NCBI GenBank assembly: GCA_963575745.1
Contig: CAUYUJ010000143.1
Span: 1-64,000, forward strand
Direction of reading: 5' to 3'
Source: Prorocentrum cordatum
Lineage: Eukaryota
Length of the DNA: 64,000 bases
Positions within the stretch are counted from its first letter, which is position 1. Every line of letters begins with the position of its first letter. The translations under genes and the position numbers were made by a program. Below are positions 12,700-22,936 of the stretch, piece by piece. Under the pieces are notes generated by a model. It worked only from the letters and a program-made list of their open reading frames with translations, ran no database searches and was not told the origin of the DNA.

Positions 12700-15600
12700 G
12701 TCCGGTAATAAACAGCTGCCCAGAAGGAGGCGCGGCACGCGAGACAGTCCACGGGCTTCTTCCCGGAAGGACGAAGACAACTTCCCGGAGGTCGATTTTA
12801 GAAGCCACGGATTTAGCAGCCCTTGCCCGGCTTCCGAGGGGAGAAGGCCAAGCAGCCCACGAACGTCTTCGCTCGGCTCAAGGCGGAGCGGGCGAAGGCC
12901 AACCAGAAGATGCAGGCGATGGTCAGCAAGCAGTCCAAGGTGCAGACTACGAGGAAGCGGCTGGAAAAGCTGGAGGCGGAGCGCGACCTGGCTGCGGAAG
13001 AATACGCTGCAGCAACGGTGGCCCTCCAGAAGCTCAACGCGGAGCACCTGGCCGAAGTCTAAAGGGGCGACTACGGGCGAGGCTGCTGGCGGTGACGTCA
13101 CGACATGTGTCCTGGGCTTCGAGATCCCAGGGGACTTGCTGCGGGAGATGCAGGAGGTCGACGACGCGGAGGTCCAAGCCGAGTCCGCTAAGTTCGAGGA
13201 CGAGCTTGCAGCGCTACCAGGATGAAGGCAGGAACACGCTGGAGGACGCCGAGAGGCGCAGGGCGGAGGCCGAACAGGTGTGCGAGCAGCTGTACCAGGA
13301 CGGTGAGCAGAAGGCGGAGCAGCTCAAGGCGGCGGTGGCCAAGGCGAAGGCAAGGGCGAGCAGTGCGCTGAAGTAGCGCAAAAATCGAGGGCAGAGGAGG
13401 GGCAGCCGCAGCGGCGGCCGCGCCAGGCCCAACGCCAGGCGATGCCAGCATCCAGGCGGCAGTCCCCACTTGACCAGGGGGCGAAAACGAACGGCTCGGA
13501 GGAGCCAGAGCCAGCGGCCGATGTCACGGAGAGCGGCAGCGCTGCCGAATTCGAGGACTACGGGGACGAGTTCTGAGGAGGAAGAGGAGGAGGAGGAGGA
13601 GGAGGAGGAGGAGGAGGAGGAAGAGGCGGCGGAAGAGGCGCTGCGAGGTGAGGCCCTCCCGGGGGAGCGGCTGCCACCGAGCGGCAATTGGCCTGAGGGG
13701 GGAGACGGGAACAGTGAAGAAGCAGCCAGGTGGTGAGTATGGTCAGGCGGGTCTGGCAGCGCCTCAGGGTCCGCTGCAGTCTGGCAGTGCACATGGTCCG
13801 GCGGGCCTGGTACAGCCGTGAGCTCTCCCTCGGACCTGGCGACTGGGTCAGGCAGTTGTGGGCAGCCTGTGAGACATTGCCCAAGGCACGGCCACAGAAG
13901 CGCGGGCTCGGAGTGTGTGGAGATCTGGTCGACCAATACCAACATCTGGGGATCGGCGGCCAAGCTGCTGGAGGAGTCGCAGGGCAAGGGCACGGACGTG
14001 CCCGAGCACGTGCTGCTGCAGGAGTACCCCTGCAAGTCCAGGAGGGCGCTTGAGGGCATCTGCAAGTGGGCGAAGCGCGTGGCTGGAAGGCATGGGCCAG
14101 GGAGGCGCGTGCCACAGTAAAGGCGCAGCTGAAGTCGAGCGGAAGAGTGGCGGTACTCACTTCGAGGGCGCATGGCAGTGCGGCGGCATCAGGATGGCAT
14201 CGACTGGGACGGCCATTTCATCGAGGGAGTCCGAGTGCCACAAGCGATGAGGCGATGCAGGTGGTGCTTCAGGCGTGGATGCCGCTGTGGCCCAATGAAT
14301 CCAGGAATCGCGAGAGCAATCCATGCGAGAGGCCCATCACAGGCCAGAAGGCAAGCGACCTCTTGAAGGGGTATCGTCTAGGTGCAGGGCTCAGATGGGG
14401 CCGCCTGCATCCAGGGGTACTCATGCAGATGCCAACGGAGTATGAGGATCGGTTGCTGGAGATCCTCGACATGTGGGAGGCGGACGCGAAGCCTCTGGAC
14501 CTCTCCACGATGGTGACGGTGTTCTTGCCCAAGGTGGAGGGAGGGTTGCGACCCATCCACCTCGCGGCGTTCTGCACGAGGCTGTGGAGTCGCATCCGCC
14601 AGCCGCTAGTGCAGCACTGGGAGGCCGAGATGCCAGACCAGGACCACTTCTGGGGAGGAGCGCGCACGCCCTGAGACATGGCGGATCCTGGATTTGGCTA
14701 AGTTCTGCGAGCACGTTTCCCACGACGAGCTGGGGCAGGAGGGCGTGCTGGTCGGCTTCCCTCAGGAGCTGCTGCGGCTGCAGAGCATCAGCTGCAGAAT
14801 GTCGAGGAGAGCCAAGTGGGGGGAAGACGGTCAACGAAAGAAGCTGGAGGTGAACGGTACGCTGGCGGCGGCGCGTTCATGTGCGACGGGCCTGGCCAAG
14901 GTGCTGATGCAGAGGACGATCTGCCTGCTGGCGAAGGAGTGCCCGCTGGTGCGGTACCAGAGCGTGGTCGACGACGCGATGGTGCAGGCGACGGGCAAGG
15001 CGGAGCAGGTGAGGAGGCAGCTACCCGAGGCCCTTGCGAGGATGGTGGAGCGGCTGGAGGCCACGGACCTGGTCGTCTCGTAGAAGAAAACCAGGTACAC
15101 GGCGGGCGAGGCGGCCACGGCGGCGGCGATGGCGGCAGCCTTCGCGGAGGAGTGGCTGGCGCTGGAGCAGGCGGCAGGAGCCCGCAACATGGGCTCCGAC
15201 GCCACGGGCGGCAGGTGGAGGAGATGCGAGGAGCGGAACCAGCGCCTCGCGAAGGCGGCGAAGGCGGCGAGCAGAGTGCAGAGGCGGAGGGCGGCAGGAG
15301 CTGCGCGGGCAGGGCACCTGCAGAGCAGCAGCCCGACAGCGACGCCGGCGTGGGGGTGACGGGCTTCCCCCGACGGCAAGCTGCACCGGCTGCGCCTCCA
15401 GGCCTGCAGGGCCATGGCGGGCTGCCAAGAGGAGCGGTGGTCACGCTCAGGAGAAGGGCGTCGCCCAGGGCGGCGGCCAGAGACCCACGCACGCAGGTGG
15501 CGAAGGCGACGGCGAGGTGCTGTGCCGCACGCGTGGCCGAGCCGTTCGAGGCGATGCTGCTGGCGGTCAGGGCGAGCTGCTGGGAGGAGGCGAGGAGGGC

Positions 15601-17300
15601 CTGGGAGGTGAGGAGCCCGTGGCAGCAGGCGAAGAGTCCAGCGGACGTCACGGTGCTCACGATGGCGAGGGCGGGCGTCAAGACGAGGCCGGCCTTCGAG
15701 ATGGTGGCGCCCACGGGCGAGGAGCTGGACATGACGTGGCTGGGACCTGCCGTCGTCGGCAACGTGGTGGCCAGGACGGCGCAGTGGACTGCCGACGCGA
15801 GAGCCTTGCCCAGCCCAGCCCACTGGAGGCACGTCGAGAAGCTGCAGGCGGCGCAGAACGAGGAGAAATGGGGCCTGGCGCACAAGAGGGCGCCGAGGTG
15901 CTGCGTAGGAGGGTCCCAATGGACGCAGGCGAAGCTCTACGATGGGGGCTACGCGGCGCCCGACAGGCGCAGGAGGTGCAGGGCGGCCCGAGGCACGTTG
16001 CGGCACAGGCACTTCGAGTGCGACGCCAACGGGCCTGCCACGTGGGACCTCTGCCCACCTGAGGTGCCGGAGGCGGCGCGACGCGCGAGGAGCGAGGGGG
16101 GAGAAGAGGCAGGCGAGAGGTTCGTGCACGGCCTCTTCCCAGAGATGGCCCAGGGGTGGTTCCAGGAGCTCGAGAGGCCAGAGCGCGAGGTCGGGCGCGC
16201 ATGCATGAGGCCGCCGCTTGGCGCCGTCACGGGAGACACCTCCGTGGAAGGGTCGGCGGCCAGCGTGGAGGACGACGACCTCCGGCGCGCGGGCTGGCCG
16301 GTGGTGATGATGAGTCACAGGGGCAGGCTGGTGGGAGCGTGGTACGGCACGGTGCCGCTGCGGTGAGTGCCAATGCAGATTGCGCGGGGCGGCGAGGACT
16401 AGGCGTTCCGCATGCCGTCGAGGTGCTGCGCGGCCTCAGCGACGGTGTTCTCAGACTGCCAGGGCTCGGATCGACTGCGACACGAACAGGAGGGCGCCGG
16501 GCTTCGGGAGCGACCGCGAGAAGATGTGGCAAAGGTGGTGGACCGAGTTCGGCGACATGGAGGGCGTCTAGTTTGTGAAGGTCAAGGGCCACCAGTCGGA
16601 GGCGGACTGCAAGAACGCCGAGGACCTGAGGAGAAGAGGGAGGAAAGGTTGCGGCACGCGGGCGCCTTCACCGAGACGCGGCGGCCTGGGGCACCGAGGA
16701 GGAGAGAGGGCCGGCAGCAGCTGGAGGCCACGCGCGCTGGCGCAGCTGACGGCGCGACGGGTCGTCACGTCCACGGAGGAGGAGGAGGAGGAGGAGCAGG
16801 AGGAGGAGCAGGAGGAGGAGGAGTAGGAGAGGAGGAGGAAAGGAGAGAGGAGGAGTAGAGGAGGGGGGAGGAGGAGGAGGAGGAGGAGGGAGGAGGAGAG
16901 GGAAGTGAGAGGAGGAGGAGGAGGAGCTGCTGCAGGCGCAGGAGGACGCCGAGGGCCCTATCCGAGGGCTTCGCGGAGCTGGAGGTGCCCTTGTCGGGCG
17001 AGGGTGCCGGGCGGCTCGCGCCGGCTCAGGCAGAGGAGGAAGGTGGCACAGGAACGCAGGAGGGCGCTGAGCAGCAGGCGCAACGTGCAGGGCTCCAGGA
17101 GGCGCTGGTGCACCAGGGCCGCAACCGGCATGAGCGCCGACGGGCTCGTCGAGTACGGCCGAGTGGCGAGGTCCGAGGGCGCGGACGAGGACGAGGAGGC
17201 TGCGGAGGCGCCTGCGAGCGCGTGGGGGGCCGCACTCGCGAGGCGGCGAGGGCAAGGTGCGAGGCGCCCAGCGGGAGGCCGCGAGCGCAAGCGCCGAGCC
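12700..17300 (+). mobile_element. Degraded non-LTR retrotransposon: coiled-coil ORF1, RT, Zn-knuckle remnant, RNase H
   Basis: RT motifs VTVFLPKVEGGLRPIHLAAFCTRLWSRIR (14512-14600) and YQSVVDDAMV (~14955). CRAARGTLRHRHFEC at ~15975. RNase H-like EGSA..RRAGW..GAWYGTVP / VFSDCQG / VKVKGH at 16235-16595. Many stops and frameshifts; boundaries approximate. Confidence 0.85.
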
Positions 17301-19055
17301 GACGGTGGAGGCGAGGCATGCGGGGGGGAGCGGCTAGGAGGCCGCGCACGCGCGGGCGCGGCGGCCGCCGTCCGTGCCCGCCGCCGCGGGCGCTCCGTTG
17401 GACTCGCAGCGCTCGCGGCCCCCTATCCAACATCTCCAACGCTGTCGTCTTCGTCGTCGTCGTCGTCGCCTTCGTCGTCGTCGCCTTCGTCGTCTCCATT
17501 TTGAAATATGTGGGCGTCTCTGGAGGTTTTCGTCGCCGCAGCTGGACGCAGCTGGGAGATCTGGGCCCGGAGAGTGGCGGCCAGCGCGCCGTCCTCTGCA
17601 AAAGCAAAAAAAGCAATAAAATAAAAAAAAAAAAATATAAAAGAAAAAAAAAACCAAAAGCAAATCTAAATGAAATGGGGGGCAAAAAAAAGTAGAAAAA
17701 AAAAAAAAATAAAAAGGGGCAACAAAAAAAAAAAAAAAAAAATGAAAAAAAAAAAAAGAAGAAAAACATAAAGAAAAAAAAAAAAAAATAAAAAACAGCC
17801 AAAAACTGCCCACCCACCGCAACCCACCAACCCAAAAAGAACCACACCCCCCCCCCCCCACCCCCCCCCCCACACCCCCGCCCCCCCCCCTCCCCCCCAC
17901 CCCCCCCACCACCCCCCCCAACCACACAGCATCTCGGGAGCCCTCCGGCCCACCATCGTGCCTTCAAGGAGATTCGACCGCCCCTGCTGAACCCCCCCTG
18001 CCTCCTGAGAGTCCTCCTCCACTCCACCAACCCGCTCCTCCTCCTCCTCCACCTCACTCCACCTCCACCACCTCCACCATCACCACCTCCACCACTTCTG
18101 CTCCTATCTGCCTCCTCCTCCTCCTCCTCCTCCTCCTCCCTCCTCCTCCTCTCCTCCACCCTCCTTCCTCCTACCTCCTGACCCTCCTATCTCCTCCACC
18201 TCCACCCTCCACCTACCTCCACCTCCTCCTCCACCTCCTCCTCCTCCTCCTCCTGCTCCTCCTCCTCCTCCTCCTCCTCCTCCTTCTCCTCCTCCTCCCC
18301 CTCCCCCGATCCCCAGCCAGCCGCGGCCACGCGGGTGCTTCGAGCCGCGCCCAGCTGTGGCCGCGAGGGCGACCCCGGAAGCCCGAGAGCTTGGCAACCC
18401 AGCGGCACGCGTGCCCTCGCCCCATGCACGAGGAGGGCCACGAGGAGGGGAACCTTCTTGGACAATCCTGGACGCGTCTGAGGGTCTCTTCGGGCCCGTC
18501 GGTGCCGCTTTTGGGGGGGGTGGGGGGGGGCTGGGCTTGGGCCAGAGAGCTCCGAGAGACCGTGGCCAGAGACAACGAACCATCGAACACAGCAGCAGAA
18601 TAATTGGAGGAAGCTCCTCGATCACCTCCCGGTGTGCGCGGCCTTGGTTGATGTTAGAAACGCTTGGGGCGTTCTCCATGTTTTACTTTTCGGTCTTTCC
18701 GTCAACCGAAAAGGAGAACAAACGGCTGCCCAAAACAGAATCGACAATTGGGGAGCACGCCGATAGAGAGAGACGGCGCGACGAGAAACCCAAAGCGGAA
18801 AGACAACTGAACTCACAACGGAAAATAACACCGATCTTGAGAACGCTTGCTTGCCCCAAAAGGAACTTCCCCAGCGTGCTCTACATCATCTAAAGTGCGC
18901 CGCGCGGATCCTGCGCCAGCCCGTCGCACAGGCTCTCGACGAAGTCTATGGCGGAGGGGGCCCGCATCCTCTTCGGCCAGCCGGGGTCCGCCACGGCCAT
19001 GCCGGCCCTGACGCTTGCCGAGCTCAGGGCCTCGGGGCGGGGACAGCGCGAGCAG

Positions 19056-19285
19056 AGACCTACCAGATAAAGTCCGAGTAGCTGGGGCCAGAGGTCTGCA
19101 GCGTGTGGGCGATGCAGCGGTGATGCATCGCCGAGGCATCGTCCATGCCCCGGCGACGTCGGCGATGCATCGGCCACAGCGGCGTGGAGAGCATCGGGCC
19201 CCACAGCGCGCCGCACTGCCGATGCATCGGCGATGCGGCGCGATCCTCCAGCTCCATCTGCTCCGACCCTACCGGGGAGACCCAA
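19056..19285. mobile_element. MITE family D (GATGCATCG-rich palindromic)
   Basis: Internal CGCCGATGCATCGGCG palindromes. Copies at ~22955-23140, 32144-32375, 46499-46709 and 55520-55745; partial copy at 54290-54350. Confidence 0.75.
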
Positions 19286-19327
19286 AACGAGGGGGCGGGA
19301 AGGGAGAAGAGGTCTGTCCAGCGTGTA

Positions 19328-19503
19328 CAGTCGGGGCGTTGACCTAAGGAACCCTAAATAAGGAACGAGGCCCCTTTTTTCCTTCTGTTAAACTTCGATT
19401 TCCGATCGAAAACATAAGGAAAACATGAGGCAAGCTGTGAAACACTTAAGGAACGCGGAGCCCCTCCCCAACCAAAAGGGTTCCTTCTTCAGGGCCCCGA
19501 CTG
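19328..19503. mobile_element. Tc1/mariner-like MITE family A, copy 2
   Basis: TA|CAGTCGGGG...CCCCGACTG|TA. Confidence 0.9.
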
Positions 19504-19694
19504 TACGCCCGACATGGGTACGGACAACCATGGGCACGACGCCCAGCAGCACAGATTGCCCAACGCGGGCAGCGGCCGCTGGTGGGCGGGCGGCCTCCCG
19601 TGCCAAGTGGACAACGCCCGCGGTGGCACCGACAACGAGCCCTGGTCCAAATGGGCAGGACATGTTGCCCATTGTTCCGTGCCCATGTCGCTCG

Positions 19695-19854
19695 TTTACC
19701 AGACTGAAACGTATCCCTATCCCTATGCTGGGCACCTCCTCATCACGATGCCAATCTTAGGGATTCTCCTACTTTCTGAGGGAGCATCCCTAAGATTGTC
19801 ATCGCCTTCTGGCGTGTCAGTCTTAGGGATAGGGATACGTTCGAGGCTGGTAAA
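19695..19854. repeat. 160-bp foldback (nested inverted repeats)
   Basis: Pairs TTTACCAG/CTGGTAAA, AACGTATCCCTATCCCTA/TAGGGATAGGGATACGTT and CGATGCCAATCTTAGGGAT/ATCCCTAAGATTGTCATCG. Confidence 0.9.
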
Positions 19855-19910
19855 TCGCACCGATCTGTCAGCAGCGACGGTGCTGACCACGAGAGCACGC
19901 CTGCGACCTG

Positions 19911-20168
19911 GGCAAGTGGCTCGCAGACTCGTCGCGCGAACGCTCGCGGGCGGCAGCCCCGTCCCCCCACCTGCGAGGCGCCCCCGGCGAACCGCTGTCC
20001 GTGCCGTGCACCCGACATCAGCGTGCCCCAATCCAGTCCTCCCAAATAGGGTTCGCGGGCGGCAGCCCCGTCCCCCCACCTGCGAGGCGCCCCCGGCGAA
20101 CCGCTGTCCGTGCCGTGCACCCGACATCAGCGTGCCCCAATCCAGTCCTCCCAAATAGGGTTCGAGTA
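19911..20168 (+). repeat. Two near-identical 110-bp tandem repeats upstream of the PLE ORF; diverged third copy at 22618-22760
   Basis: CGCGGGCGGCAGCCCCGTCC...CCTCCCAAATAGGGTT occurs twice. Confidence 0.9.
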
Positions 20169-22127
20169 ATGCGGTCATCGGATCGCAATTGCATGACAGA
20201 GATATTTTTGGCAAAGACACGTGGGTTGTCGTCAAACCAAATGGGGAAACTCCTCATGTGTGGTAAAGGCCTGACAGGTGTGTACTTGTACGATCCGCTG
20301 AGGCAGCGCGCAGTTGTTCCCAAAGCAGGACAGCTAGACTGGTCAGTGGAATTTCTTTTGCGTTCTCACAAGAAGCACGTTTTCACATTCAAGCGTAAGC
20401 CATCGCTACAGCAGGTCAGCAACGGTTTGATCAATGTTGCGAACAAAATTGCATGGCGCCAGCACTTTTCAGGAGGCGAGGGTCTTTTGACACGGTGGCG
20501 GCACTTGCATGAACACAGGGCTTGGACCCCAAATTATCCACACGAGATTCCCGAACCATACCTCTCGTACATCACCGATGTCCGTGGGAGTGTCTGGAAC
20601 GAGTGTGCGAAATCGAGGTCGCGCTTGGGTCCTGCAAGACCCCTCCCACAGGTCATCCGGGACGCGATCAGGAGTCTCAAGTACGGATCGTGGGGGGCGA
20701 TCCCTACCGACAAGGACGGCGGTTTTGCTGTGGTGCAGAAGCTGCGCTTGGTTACTGCGCATATCAGAGAGAGGGTCGCATCGCGTTATGTCGAGATAAC
20801 TGTCGACAGATCTGTCCATGCTCAAGATATTCGCGCCGAGTACGCTGATGCGTGCAAGCAAGCAGCCAGCATGGGAGAGGATGACATCGATGCGGGTCTT
20901 CGCCGAGCGCTGTGCAGCAGAACGAGCAATCCAGAGAGCACGCGGTACAAAGTTGGAGCTACCGCGAAAACTCAAAAAAAAAAAAGCAGCTGTTCCATTC
21001 GTCTTCTCCCCACGATGCAGAAGAATAGTGTTTCTGCACCTGCAATGAAGTTTATTTCGAGCACGCTCCAGCGCCATCTTCAACATCTTCCCCATTTACT
21101 TACAGATTCCAACCACTCCATCCGCATTATCAGTGCTGCATCTTTCTCTACATTGGCCACAGCATTAAAAATCGATATAAAAGATTATTCTTATGAGCGG
21201 AACTCATGGTGTATTGTTGGACCAGAGCAGTAAGTTTCTCGACGGCACTGACAAGCAGCGCTTCCTCCTTCTCCTGCGCTTCATCCTCGACAACCAGTTC
21301 GTCGAGATCCCAGGGCTCGAGGAGGATAGAGTTTGGAAGGCAATATCTGGAAGTGGTATGGGAATGATCGGCAGCGGGGAGGTGTCAGATAGTGCGTTTT
21401 ACCGTTTGGCAGAAAAAGATTGGATTAGCGATACAGGCTATATGGCATCAGTGGGAGTACAATGTTATCTTCGTTTCAAGGATGACATCGTTGTCTTCTT
21501 CGACGGGCCCTTGCAGAATCACCAGTCTTTCTACCGAAGGCGCGCCCATTTATCTTAGTGCTTGAAAGTGTGAGCAAAGCTGAAGTGAATTTCTTAGACG
21601 TGCACTTGTTTCGCCAATATCATAATACTTTTTACAGCTATCGTGTGCACGAGAAGGAAACGAGCATCTGGACCCCGCTGGGTGCTGATAGCTCCCACGC
21701 CCCTTCTGTACACAAGGCGTGGCCCATCGCAATGGCCAGGAGGTATTACCGGCTTTCTAGTTCTCTCTCACTGGCCCGCGATAGCATAGCTGTCTTTGCC
21801 AGGCGATTGGAATCGTCGGGCACCAGTGCGTCGATAGTAAATGCAGTAAAACATGTGAAACCCACAGCTCCTCCTCTTCCGAAGGAGAGGGAGGATGGGA
21901 GCATGTATCTAGTGCTCCCCTTCTCTAGCCAATGGTTTGCAGCTAATGTCCCAGGGATTCTGGACCGCTTGAACAGGAAGTGGTCCGCTCTCACGGGAAT
22001 CACGCTCAGAGCCTCATGGAAATTAGGGGATCGTCATCTAGCTCAGAGACTGAAGGCCCTGATTTCAGATCATTGTGAAGAACATGATCTCTTTGATCCC
22101 GTGAAGGAGGTAGGTTGGGGTAGGTAG
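20169..22127 (+). pseudogene. Penelope-like element reverse transcriptase, frameshifted, no endonuclease visible
   Basis: PLE-type motifs PTDKDGGFAVV, KIDIKDY, DNQFVE, GSGMG, YLRFKDDIVV, VNFLDV and the C-terminal SSHAPSVHKAW. Frameshifts near 21190 and 21545; stop at 22127 with no GIY-YIG domain. Confidence 0.85.
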
Positions 22128-22423
22128 GTGGTTATTCTCTTTCTTTCTCAAGCTCTTGGGGGGGCACGATTTGTCCGCCCCAGTCCCGTTGTGAGAATCA
22201 TCGCAAGCAGAGTGTAACGCAGAAAGCAAAATGTAGTGACAGAGGACATTTTCACAGCGATTTTCGGGTTAACGCTTCTCTAGTCCGTAATGCTGCATTT
22301 AGGCTCAACCCGCTATGCCACCAAGGGCACTTCTGGGGTAGGCAGAGTCCCAGAGAGCCACCAAAGACACGCCAAAGGCCCAGGCCTAGCGCTCACGACG
22401 AAAACATCATCTTCTGATATTTT

Positions 22424-22473
22424 CCCTTACACGTCGGAGCGACGGCATGTCTGATGATGACGCACAGCAAGGG
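22424..22473 (+). ncRNA. Candidate degenerate type III hammerhead ribozyme
   Basis: CCCT|T; stem I ACACGTCG/CGGCATGT; core CTGATGA; 2-bp stem II; GCAA in place of GAAA; then GGG pairing back to CCC. Lies in the 3' region of a PLE. Confidence 0.4.
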
Positions 22474-22538
22474 CGGAGAGCAGGCAGGCGCCCTCTCCAC
22501 CAACCGCATGAGCCACCAGCGGCTGCTGCTGCTGAAAA

Positions 22539-22617
<79 letters not shown>
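22539..22617. repeat. Perfect (CAT)n microsatellite
   Basis: Read directly. Confidence 0.97.
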
Positions 22618-22760
22618 GGCAAGTGGCTCGCATGACCCGTCGCGCGAACGCTCGCGGGCAGCCCCTTCCCCACCCGCGAGGCGCCCGGCTCACTGCTGTC
22701 CGTGCCGTGCACCCGACGTCGGCGTACCCCAATTCAGTCCTCCCAGATAGGGTTCGAGTA

Positions 22761-22936
22761 CAGTCGGGGCGTTGACCTAAGGAACCCAAAATAAGGAACG
22801 AGGCCCCTTTTCTCCATAAGTTAAACTTCGATTGTCCATGGAAAACCTCCTGAAAACCTGAGAATCACTGTAAAACAACTAAAGAACACGGAGCCCCTCC
22901 CGAACAAAAAGGGTTCCTTCTTCAGGGCCCCGACTG
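22761..22936. mobile_element. Tc1/mariner-like MITE family A, copy 3
   Basis: TA-flanked, inserted into a short (TAGGGTTCGAG)n run. Confidence 0.9.
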
